Positions 7,160-15,102 of a DNA stretch of 37,981 nt are shown here, in pieces; position 1 is the stretch's first letter; each line of letters starts with the position of its first letter. Source of the stretch: a virus. Lineage: Duplodnaviria; Caudoviricetes. A program made the translations under genes and the position numbers. The notes under the pieces are model-generated. The model was given only the letters and a program-made list of their open reading frames with translations, was not told the DNA's origin and searched no databases. Where the stretch lies: the IMG/VR virus record IMGVR_UViG_3300048850_000072, positions 1-37,981 of that record; one strand, 5' to 3'.

Positions 7160-7396
7160 ATGCGGCGGCGCGTGCCGGCAACGGCCGCGCCGCCGCAGCT
7201 CCGAGTGGTCACGTTGTCTGACATGGCCCCGCTCATGATGATCCTGGCCTCTGCCGTGATCTGGCTCGGCCTCGCCGTGTTCGGCTGCGAAGCCGTGTCC
7301 GCCTGCCTGAGCGGTGAGCTGATGGATCGCCGCGCACTGATCGAGAGCGCGGTCTTCCTGCTGTGCGGTGCTGGCTTGCTGGTGGCGTACTTCTGA
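7160..7396 (+). CDS. Small two-TM membrane protein (start may be ATG 7223)
   Basis: Two hydrophobic segments: LMMILASAVIWLGLAVFGC and ALIESAVFLLCGAGLLVAYF. Confidence 0.6.
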   Translation: MRRRVPATAAPPQLRVVTLSDMAPLMMILASAVIWLGLAVFGCEAVSACLSGELMDRRALIESAVFLLCGAGLLVAYF

Positions 7397-7523
7397 TGCT
7401 GGCCACCGCCTCCCGCAGCTGCCGCGCCTACACCCCGGTCTGCGGCGGTGCCGCGGCTGCCCCTGATCTTCATGGTGGCAATCTCACGCGAAGCGTGGAC
7501 TGCGCCAATTGGAGCCTGTCCAC

Positions 7524-8015
7524 ATGAACGGCCGTCCGATGACCGAGGGCGACCTTGCCCTGAAGGCGATGACCCGGCTGCTGATCGAGCGCGCCGGCGG
7601 CCTGGACGCCGCCGCCGCCGCCACCCGCGTCGGCCGGTCGCAGCTGGCTAACTACTACAGCCCGCACCACGACCAGTTCGCGCCGGTCGACGTGGTGGCG
7701 CGGCTGGAGGACATCGCCGAGGAACCGATGCTGACCGAAGAGCTGCTGCGTCGCCGCGGCTTGGTCGCCAGCAAGCCGCAGGGCAGCGCCTCGGCCTCGA
7801 TTCACACCGGGCTGGCGGCGCTGGCCGGTGAGATGTGCGAACTGCACCGCGCCTATGCCGAGGGCTTGGCCGACGGCCAGCTCTGCGACAAGGACCGCGC
7901 CGCGATGGAGCGCGAGCTGCAGGACGTCATGCGGCAGGCCGGCAATTTGCTGGCCGATCTTCATGCGCGACTGGCGACGGCGGCCGTGACGCCGCTGCCG
8001 CTTCGCCGCGCATGA
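7524..8015 (+). CDS. CII-like phage regulatory protein
   Basis: LKAMTRLLIERAGGLDAAAAATRVGRSQLANYYSP...FAPVDVVARLE and C-terminal ALADG-like helix pattern; downstream of cro; GGAG upstream. Confidence 0.7.
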   Translation: MNGRPMTEGDLALKAMTRLLIERAGGLDAAAAATRVGRSQLANYYSPHHDQFAPVDVVARLEDIAEEPMLTEELLRRRGLVASKPQGSASASIHTGLAALAGEMCELHRAYAEGLADGQLCDKDRAAMERELQDVMRQAGNLLADLHARLATAAVTPLPLRRA

Positions 8016-8701
8016 ACACCCCCGAGATCTCGCCCGCGCTTCCCCCGCGCGATGGCGAGGGGCAGCCCGCCGCCGGAAAACCCCTTCCCCCCCCAGGGAA
8101 TGGCGGCGGGCGCCTAGATTTGCGGCGTGAAGGACGGCAGGCCCCGCGTGGCGGCCTCGACTTCTTCGTCACGCCGCCCGAGGCCACCCGGGCGCTGATC
8201 GCCCGCGAGAGCTTTTCTGGGCATATCTGGGAGTGCGCGTGCGGTGACGGCGCCATGGTGCGGCCGCTGCTGGACGCCGGCTACGTCGTCATGGCCACCG
8301 ACATCGCCGGGCGCGGCTGCGGCCTTGGCGACATCGATTTTTTGTCTACCACGCGCCTGCCGGCCTGCATCGAGAGCATCGTCACCAACCCGCCCTACGG
8401 CGAGCAGCGCGCCGAGGCCTTCGCCCGGCACGCGCTGGATCTCGGCGCCCGCAAGGTCGCATTGCTGCTGCGCCTAGCCTTCTTGGAAGGCGAGGGGCGG
8501 CATCGTTCGCTGTTCAGCGAACGGCCGCCCTCGCGCGTCTGGGTCTTTTCCCACCGCATCACCCTATGGCGCGGTGACCAAGCCTCCCCCGAGCCCGGCG
8601 AGCGTCGCGGCCGGGGCGCTACCCCCTTCGCCTGGTTTGTCTGGGAGCGGTTCCACCGCGGCACCCAGATCGACTGGATCTATCGCCCGAGCGAGAGCTG
8701 A
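8012..8701 (+). CDS. Orphan phage DNA amino-methyltransferase (probably N6-adenine)
   Basis: DFFVTP, SAM-binding WECACGDG, catalytic IVTNPPY, LLRLAFLEG; ATGA overlap with the CII-like gene. Confidence 0.85.
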   Translation: MNTPEISPALPPRDGEGQPAAGKPLPPPGNGGGRLDLRREGRQAPRGGLDFFVTPPEATRALIARESFSGHIWECACGDGAMVRPLLDAGYVVMATDIAGRGCGLGDIDFLSTTRLPACIESIVTNPPYGEQRAEAFARHALDLGARKVALLLRLAFLEGEGRHRSLFSERPPSRVWVFSHRITLWRGDQASPEPGERRGRGATPFAWFVWERFHRGTQIDWIYRPSES

Positions 8702-8703
8702 CC

Positions 8704-9705
8704 ATGGCACGCCCTTCACCCACCGACCGCCAGCTGACGCAAACGGTCACGGATGCGAATTTCGACGAGCTGCCGCAGGCCATCCAGTGGCTCTGGTACC
8801 GGCTGTTCTCGCTGGCGATCTGCGCACCCGAGAAAGGACGGCTGTTCATTTTCGGCCGCTCGGTTTCCGCCTGGGTTTCCCGCAAGTTTTCCCTGTCGGA
8901 AACCGAAGCGGAAACCCAATTGGAAACCCTCGCTGCAATCGGTCTGCTGGAACTAGCAGACGACGGCATCTGGATGCCAGGCGCGCGGGCAGGGGCCTCG
9001 CGGGTGGACGCTGCGCGGGCCAATGGCAGCAACGGAGGCCGGCCGCGTAAGGGCGAAAGCACTGAGCAGTACCGGGCGCGTAAGGCGCACGAGCGCGAGC
9101 TGGCACGCAGCCAGGGCAGCCTGATGATGCCGCTGGTGGGCGGACGGGCGGAAACCCAGGAAACCCAGATGAAACCCGAAGCGGAAAGCTCGCGGGCGGT
9201 ACCTACTACTCTCACTCTTTCGATAGAAAATGGTAGTGGTAGTACCGCCCGCGAGGAAACCGACGCCGGTTCGCTGGTGGCCACCCTCGCCAGCGACGCC
9301 GGCCTGGATGCCGCCGCCGCCCGCCGCTTGAGCCCCGCCCCGGTGGCCGCATGGCTCGCCGCCGGCGCTACCCCGACGCTGATCCGCGAGGCGGTGCGCC
9401 GTACCGCCAGTCGGCGCAGCTATGCCCCGGCGAAGATCTCGACCTGGAAATTCTTCGATGGCGAGGTGCGGGAAGCCCTGCAGGCGCAGCGTCCGCCGCC
9501 TGCAGCCGCAGCGTCCACTGACGCCGCCGCGCCGCCGGTGCCGCGCATCACCGACCAGGAGCGCGCCCAGCAGTACCTGGACATGTTGGCCGGCCGCACC
9601 CCCGGCAGCCAGCAGCAGCTGGTCTCGAAGGCGAGCTTCCTGCGCCAGTATTGCCCCGGCGCCTGGGCCATTGTGGAAGCGGCAGGCCAAGCGCACGCCG
9701 CCTAA
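8704..9705 (+). CDS. Putative replication initiator
   Basis: Position after the regulatory genes; N-terminal wHTH-like region, ARANGSNGGRP motif, internal iteron-like repeats, DnaD-like C-terminal KISTWKFFDGEVREA. Confidence 0.7.
   Translation: MARPSPTDRQLTQTVTDANFDELPQAIQWLWYRLFSLAICAPEKGRLFIFGRSVSAWVSRKFSLSETEAETQLETLAAIGLLELADDGIWMPGARAGASRVDAARANGSNGGRPRKGESTEQYRARKAHERELARSQGSLMMPLVGGRAETQETQMKPEAESSRAVPTTLTLSIENGSGSTAREETDAGSLVATLASDAGLDAAAARRLSPAPVAAWLAAGATPTLIREAVRRTASRRSYAPAKISTWKFFDGEVREALQAQRPPPAAAASTDAAAPPVPRITDQERAQQYLDMLAGRTPGSQQQLVSKASFLRQYCPGAWAIVEAAGQAHAA
8862..9261. repeat. Putative replication origin: GGAAACC iterons and a 14-bp inverted repeat
   Basis: Six heptamers at exact 12-bp spacing (8862-8928); a second cluster at 9150-9189; IR CTCGCGGGCGGTAC at 9189-9202 / 9242-9255 around an AT-richer core. 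Confidence 0.7.
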
Positions 9706-9858
9706 ACCTGCAGGATGCTGGTCTGGAACGGCTGGCAACCGACGAATGCCAGAATAGTTCCGGTCTACAGGCCGATCAGCGACGAAAATTCTTTCACGCC
9801 GGCGTGATCCGTGTATCCTGCGCCTGTGCCGAAGGGGGCTCCGGCGCGGGGGACTGAC

Positions 9859-10593
9859 ATGGCGGCCGCGGCCGTTTCCGACGATTCGACGACTGGTGCC
9901 GCTGAGGCGGCGCCGAAGCAGCGCAAGACCCTGTCCTTGCCCGCCGGCGCCGTGCGGCGGCAGCGCCAGGCGCCCGCCGAAGTAGTGATCTTCGAGGAAG
10001 CCTCGGCCGCGCTGCCGAAGCCCCACGTCACCAGCGACGCCGAGGCGGAGGAAGCTCGCGCCGGCCGCGCGCATGTCCAGGAGAGAGAGCGGCTGTCGCG
10101 CGAGCGCGGCGCCAAGATCCTTCGCCAGTGGCGCTCAGGCGATGCAGGCGCCGCCGGCGAGGCGATGCTGGCGCGGCCGCACAAGGATGTCCCGATCGCC
10201 TTCTTGGATCCGGACGTGCTGGAAGCGGCGCTGACTCGCCAGTTCGGCGATGCCCACCTGATCGATCGCATGTGGGACCAGGGCCAGCTGAACGACTGGC
10301 AGTACGCCACGGCCAACCGCCTGCTGCAGCTGGCCGAAGCCGCCGGCATGATCAACTCGAAGGTGGCCGGCCTCGGCCGCAGCGGGGCAGGACATGCCGA
10401 GATGAGCGACGGCATGGCCGCGGCCCACGCGCGGCTCAATAAGCTGCTCAGCGAGGTGGGGACGTTCAGCGCCGAGATGCTGCTGGACCTGTGTCTAGAA
10501 TCCTATAGCGCACGGGGCCAAGCCAATCGGGCTGAAGCAATGAAGGACGGACTGCAACATCTGGCCCGCGTCTGGGGAATACAAATCTGCTGA
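9859..10593 (+). CDS. Putative late-gene regulator (Q-analogue; DUF6456-like)
   Basis: Last gene of the early right operon; IDRMWDQGQLNDWQYATANRL...AAAHARLNKLLSEVG...LLDLCLE...LQHLARVWG pattern typical of alphaproteobacterial phage late activators; GGGGA RBS. Confidence 0.6.
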   Translation: MAAAAVSDDSTTGAAEAAPKQRKTLSLPAGAVRRQRQAPAEVVIFEEASAALPKPHVTSDAEAEEARAGRAHVQERERLSRERGAKILRQWRSGDAGAAGEAMLARPHKDVPIAFLDPDVLEAALTRQFGDAHLIDRMWDQGQLNDWQYATANRLLQLAEAAGMINSKVAGLGRSGAGHAEMSDGMAAAHARLNKLLSEVGTFSAEMLLDLCLESYSARGQANRAEAMKDGLQHLARVWGIQIC

Positions 10594-10764
10594 CATCAAT
10601 AGACGGAAGTCCGAAGGAAGTATGCTTATATATTTACCTAAATAGTTGGGGGTTGATTTGAAAATCCTCAGATAGATCGAGGGATTATTTGCAAATCGAG
10701 AGAATGAGCCTGCCCTTTACGACATGGTAATCGCCTGCTTACATTGTGTGTAAAGGGGTGATCC

Positions 10765-12105
10765 ATGCCGGCCAAAATGTTGAAAATCGACGAAGTCATC
10801 CTCGATCTTGAGAATCCGAGGATCAGTCGTTCGACGAGCCAGCGTGAGGCTCTGCAGAAGATCATTGAGGATCAGGACGTGAAGCTGCTCGCGCTGGCTG
10901 AGAGCATCACGGAGGAAGGCCTCAATCCCATGGACCGCCTGCTGGTGATCAAGGCCGAAAGTGAGGTCGGAAAGTGGACCGTTATCGAGGGAAACCGGCG
11001 GCTCGCAGCCCTGAAGATCCTTAGCAATCCCGCAGTCCTCGCTGGCCTGGAAGTCCGGCCGGCCGTCCAGAAGCGCTTCGAGGCCCTGGCGCACGGGTGG
11101 GACAGGTCGATCACCAAGCTGGATTGCTTCGAACTTGCCTCCCGGGCGGAAGGGGCGGCGTGGATCAAGCAGCGCCACACCGGCGAGAACGAGGGACGCG
11201 GCATCGTCGATTGGGGGGGCGTGGCAAGCGCGCGGTTCCGCGGTAACGACCCCGCCCTGCAGGCGCTGGACCTTGTGCTGAAGCACGGGGGCCTGACCGA
11301 CGACGAGAAGAACAGCATCGAGACGGGGTTCCCGATCACCACTCTCGACCGCCTGCTGTCCACCCCGGCGGTCCGGTCGGCGATCGGCCTAGTGATCGAG
11401 GAGCAGAAGCTTCGTACGGCCCTGCCCCCGGAGGAGGTGATCAAGACCCTAACCCGGATCGTCCGCGACCTCGCGAACAAGACCGTCAACGTCACCGGGC
11501 TGAAGAAGAAGGACCAGCAGGTCGCCTACGTCGATAAGCTTGGACCGGACCTGCCGGATCTCTCCAAGGCGAACGGACCGACCAGGGCGGTCGACGGCAT
11601 AGACGCCTCAGACTTCGCACCCAAGCCGGTTCCGAAGCCCAAGGCAGCTCCCAAGAAACCTGACAGGAAGACCCTGATACCAAAGGGGTGCGCGCTTAAC
11701 GTCACGAATGCCAAAATCTCCGAGATTGTTAGGGAGCTGCGAGGCCTGTCTCTTAAAGACAATCCGCATGCAATATCCGTATTGTTCCGCGTCTTCCTCG
11801 AACAATCCGTCGACGATTTTTTAACGCGGAAGGGTTCTTCGCCCTATCATGCCAAGGGCAGCGGCGGGACCAATTTCAAGAAGCTCCGCGACAAGGTCAC
11901 GGAGGCGGTTGCCATCATGGAGCAGGAAGGCACCCCAAAGAAGGACCTGGATGGGGTGTCCAAGGGTATCGCTGATAAGGACAACCCGCTATGTGCCGAG
12001 ACCCTGAACAACTATGTGCACAACCGTTTCTACTCGCCGCTGGAGAGTCACCTGAAAGTGTCCTGGGACAACGCTCAACGGTTCTTCGAGCTGATCTGGC
12101 CGTGA
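10765..12105 (+). CDS. ParB/Srx-like N-terminal domain plus HEPN-like C-terminal domain protein
   Basis: LDLENPR, SITEEG, VIEGNRRLAALK (ParB GxRR); C-terminal AISVLFRVFLE...LRDKV...LNNYVHN; own AT-rich upstream region. Confidence 0.8.
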   Translation: MPAKMLKIDEVILDLENPRISRSTSQREALQKIIEDQDVKLLALAESITEEGLNPMDRLLVIKAESEVGKWTVIEGNRRLAALKILSNPAVLAGLEVRPAVQKRFEALAHGWDRSITKLDCFELASRAEGAAWIKQRHTGENEGRGIVDWGGVASARFRGNDPALQALDLVLKHGGLTDDEKNSIETGFPITTLDRLLSTPAVRSAIGLVIEEQKLRTALPPEEVIKTLTRIVRDLANKTVNVTGLKKKDQQVAYVDKLGPDLPDLSKANGPTRAVDGIDASDFAPKPVPKPKAAPKKPDRKTLIPKGCALNVTNAKISEIVRELRGLSLKDNPHAISVLFRVFLEQSVDDFLTRKGSSPYHAKGSGGTNFKKLRDKVTEAVAIMEQEGTPKKDLDGVSKGIADKDNPLCAETLNNYVHNRFYSPLESHLKVSWDNAQRFFELIWP

Positions 12106-13022
12106 TGTCTCTTGACTCTGACCCTGGCCGACCTCGGCGGTTGAATCACTTCACGCCCCTCCGGTATCCCGGCGGCAAGGGTAAGCTCGCGGCCTACATC
12201 AAGCGCATTATTACGACGAACCGAATTCACGACGGAGAGTACGTCGAACCCTTCGCCGGCGGTGCAGCTATCGCATTGGAACTTCTCTTCCACGAGTACG
12301 TCAGCCGGATCCACATCAACGACTTGTCACGTCCGGTTTATGCCTTCTGGCATTCCGTGCTGAACCGTACGGACGAGCTGTGCCGCCTCATCCGCGATAC
12401 GCCCTGTACAGTAGATGCATGGGATCTGCAGAAGCGTATCCTTCTGCAGGAATCGAAGCATGACCTGCTTGAGCTAGGGTTTGCCACGTTCTTCCTAAAT
12501 CGTACTAATCGTTCAGGTATTTTAAACGGCGGGATTATCGGTGGCCGCGACCAAACTGGGCCGTGGAAAATTAACGCACGCTATAATGCCGAGGAACTTA
12601 TTTTTCGGATCGAGTCCATCGCTCGTTTAAGATCCCGAATCAGTCTCACTAGCATCGACGCTCTAAAATTCTTGTCTGCCGGATCAAAGAAATGGTCGGC
12701 AAATGCTCTAATTTACTGTGATCCTCCTTACTACGTGAAAGGCAGGGAACTATACTACCATTTCTATCAACATGACGATCATGAGCAGATCGCAAGTTGT
12801 ATTGTTAGCAAACTTACTAAGCAGCGCTGGATTGTCTCTTACGACAATGTTCAGCCTATCCGAGACATTTACGATGGCTGCCAACGTGTCATCTATGGCA
12901 TCGGCTACAGCGCGCGCGACACGCGGCAGGGATCGGAAGTCATGTTCTTTTCAGAGAACATCAATGTCCCTCCTTTGGTGGGAGCTGTGACGCCTATCGA
13001 GCAGCAAGCTCTCCTGATCTGA
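12105..13022 (+). CDS. Dam/D12-class N6-adenine DNA methyltransferase
   Basis: TPLRYPGGK, YVEPFAGG, HIND, FFLNRTNRSG, IYCDPPY, WIVSYD; TGATG overlap with the upstream gene; visibly lower GC. Confidence 0.92.
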   Translation: MSLDSDPGRPRRLNHFTPLRYPGGKGKLAAYIKRIITTNRIHDGEYVEPFAGGAAIALELLFHEYVSRIHINDLSRPVYAFWHSVLNRTDELCRLIRDTPCTVDAWDLQKRILLQESKHDLLELGFATFFLNRTNRSGILNGGIIGGRDQTGPWKINARYNAEELIFRIESIARLRSRISLTSIDALKFLSAGSKKWSANALIYCDPPYYVKGRELYYHFYQHDDHEQIASCIVSKLTKQRWIVSYDNVQPIRDIYDGCQRVIYGIGYSARDTRQGSEVMFFSENINVPPLVGAVTPIEQQALLI

Positions 13023-13060
13023 GCTTGCCTTGTATTTCGGCATTACGCCAAAGCAGAATG

Positions 13061-13090
13061 TTGACAGGTAAGCCGCGAAAGCGGTAAGCG
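13061..13090 (+). promoter_or_regulatory. Putative late promoter (pR'-like)
   Basis: Perfect TTGACA at 13061-13066; weak -10 candidate TAAGCG at 13085-13090; followed closely by a terminator. Confidence 0.5.
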
Positions 13091-13108
13091 ATTCGCACCG
13101 CCACAACT

Positions 13109-13145
13109 GCGCCCGGAGCCCTACGGTTCCGGGCGCTTTGCGTTT
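13109..13145 (+). terminator. Intrinsic terminator (tR'-like)
   Basis: GCGCCCGGAGCC-ctac-GGTTCCGGGCGC followed by TTTGCGTTT. Confidence 0.75.
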
Positions 13146-13186
13146 CAGGCCTCTGAACGCCGGGCGGGCTACCTGGAAACCCCGCC

Positions 13187-13687
13187 ATGCCCCCTTTCAC
13201 CGACGCACCCGAGGGTGCGTTCGGGGGCGCGCGACCCTTCGCTTCCGCCGATGATGCCTGGTTCTGGACCATGCGCGCGCTTCAGGCGCAGCGCGGCGGA
13301 ACGCAGGCGCCGGCCGACGCCGGCCGGATCGCGCGCCCCTGTGAGCCAGCCGACGTGCTGGCATGCCTCGCGCGGCTGCACCGCGCACGGCGGATCAGCC
13401 GCGACGACGTCCACTTCCTTGACACCTGGGGGCGGAGCGGCGCGGCGCCAGATCCGGAGCGGCACCCGCCCAGCGCGGTGCGCGTCTGGCGCGAGCTGAT
13501 GCAGGTCCTGCATCCCGAGCTGCAGCGTCGAGGCATCGTCGCATCAGGCGGGATCGCGGCAGCCTGGCTCTGTACTGAACAGCTGACGTCCGCCACGATG
13601 TTTCGGCTCAGTGCTGACGAGATCCTTGCGGCGGCAAAAGGCTGCGTCGCATTGACAACGCTCCCGCGGTCATTTCGGGTCAGCTGA
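13187..13687 (+). CDS. Conserved hypothetical protein
   Basis: PFASADDAWFWTM...RPCEPADVLACLARLHRARRI...WG...APDP...WRE...RGIV, recalled as a Rhodospirillales-type family; the last ~45 aa look like an extension. Confidence 0.7.
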   Translation: MPPFTDAPEGAFGGARPFASADDAWFWTMRALQAQRGGTQAPADAGRIARPCEPADVLACLARLHRARRISRDDVHFLDTWGRSGAAPDPERHPPSAVRVWRELMQVLHPELQRRGIVASGGIAAAWLCTEQLTSATMFRLSADEILAAAKGCVALTTLPRSFRVS

Positions 13688-14281
13688 AATCTTGTTTCGC
13701 CAGCGACGAACTACTCCGCGACTGGTGGACCAGAGCCTCCTCCGCCTACCACGCATTCGCTGATAGGCGCTATGAACAGGAGCCATCCAGGTTGCTGCGT
13801 CCAGTCGTCGATAATACCAGAACAAGCTGTATTGCCTCATGGCAGGATGACACGCAGTCTGGAAGGCACCTAAGCTATTAAGAAAGCGCACTCTTCGCTC
13901 TGCAATGTCTTCTGCGTCCTTGGGAGCTTGCTCCATTCTTTCAGATAGGCGATGCCAGCGAAACGAAGCTACGAATAATTCTACCAACGATATGTTAAAT
14001 TCGAAGAACTTACTGTTCACATCTGGGTTGAACAGAAATTGTATCTGTGTTCCAGCAGACACTATTTTCTGGACGCTCTCCAGTTCCTCAGGTCTTAACG
14101 CATCAAATGGTGCTTTCACCTGCGCGAAGAACTGATGCCCTTGCTGACTGATTTCTTGATAGGCATCGAAGCGCTTCTGGAAGAGATCCAGCTGAAGCTT
14201 TCGCCAACTGAGCCACGCCGCAGCGCCAGCTACAACAACCGCGAGCAGGGCTGGTCCGTATGACGAGATCCCACTAGCCAT
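13670..14281 (-). CDS. Lower-GC single-TM membrane protein (moron)
   Basis: TM segment ALLAVVVAGAAAWLSW followed by KLQLDLFQKRFDAY; opposite strand to the late genes; AT-richer; GAGGA RBS before ATG 14281. Confidence 0.75.
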   Translation of the reverse strand: MASGISSYGPALLAVVVAGAAAWLSWRKLQLDLFQKRFDAYQEISQQGHQFFAQVKAPFDALRPEELESVQKIVSAGTQIQFLFNPDVNSKFFEFNISLVELFVASFRWHRLSERMEQAPKDAEDIAERRVRFLNSLGAFQTACHPAMRQYSLFWYYRRLDAATWMAPVHSAYQRMRGRRRRLWSTSRGVVRRWRNKISADPK

Positions 14282-14320
14282 TCGCCTGTCCTCTCGGTGT
14301 GGGATCGTTCTGAAACTTGC

Positions 14321-14356
14321 TGCACATTTCGTCAAACGACCGTTTCGAAGTGTTCA
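14321..14356. promoter_or_regulatory. Imperfect palindrome, candidate res/crossover site
   Basis: TGCACATTTCG-TC-AAACG-AC-CGTTT-CGAAGTGTTCA, ending 30 bp upstream of the serine recombinase start. Confidence 0.55.
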
Positions 14357-14385
14357 GTCCTCCCGACCCATGATCGGACACCAGA

Positions 14386-15102
14386 ATGGCCCGCAAAACC
14401 CCGCTGAAGCGGCTGGGTGGCGCGGGCGGCGTGCCGGGCTTCATCGCCTACTACCGCGTGTCGACCGACAAGCAGGGCGCCAGCGGCCTCGGGCTTGAGG
14501 CCCAGCAAGAGGCCGTCGAGCGCCATGTGCGCGTCGCCGGCGGCCGGATCCTGGACGTGTTCCGGGAGATCGAGAGCGGCAAGAAGAATGACCGCCCACA
14601 GATCGCGGCGGCCATCGCCGCCTGCCGCTCGTGGCGCGCCACGCTGGTCATCGCCAAGCTCGACCGCCTGGCCCGCAACGTCGCCTTCGTCTCCAACCTG
14701 ATGGAAGCCGGCATCGAGTTCGTCGCCTGTGACAACCCGCATGCCAGCCGCCTGACCATCCACATCCTGGCGGCCGTCGCCGAGCATGAGCGCGAGATGA
14801 TCTCGGCGCGCACGAAGGCGGCGCTGCAGGCGGCGCGGGCTCGCGGCAAGCGGCTGGGCAACCCCCGGCTGCTGGCTGGCGACGGCAGCGCCGCCCGTCA
14901 GGCCACCGAGATCCGCATCGCCCGGGCCGAACAGCACGCCCGCGATGTGCTGCCCGCCATCGTGGCGGCGCAGCGCGCCGGGTGCACCAGCCCCGGCCAG
15001 ATCGCTGAGGCGCTGACCGCCCGGGGCATCCGCACCCCCGCCGGCGGCGACGTCTGGCACCCCGTCCAGGTCACCCGCATCCTGAAGAGGACCGCCCGCT
15101 GA
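14386..15102 (+). CDS. Serine recombinase (resolvase family)
   Basis: AYYRVST (catalytic Ser), EIESG...DRPQ, AKLDRLAR, AEHEREMISARTKAALQAARARGKRLG; C-terminal IAEALTARGIRTP..G..W DNA-binding region. Confidence 0.93.
   Translation: MARKTPLKRLGGAGGVPGFIAYYRVSTDKQGASGLGLEAQQEAVERHVRVAGGRILDVFREIESGKKNDRPQIAAAIAACRSWRATLVIAKLDRLARNVAFVSNLMEAGIEFVACDNPHASRLTIHILAAVAEHEREMISARTKAALQAARARGKRLGNPRLLAGDGSAARQATEIRIARAEQHARDVLPAIVAAQRAGCTSPGQIAEALTARGIRTPAGGDVWHPVQVTRILKRTAR

Noticed and set aside
7160-7396. Two-TM protein as a holin
   Set aside because: It sits in the early regulatory region with no adjacent endolysin; lysis genes probably lie beyond the window
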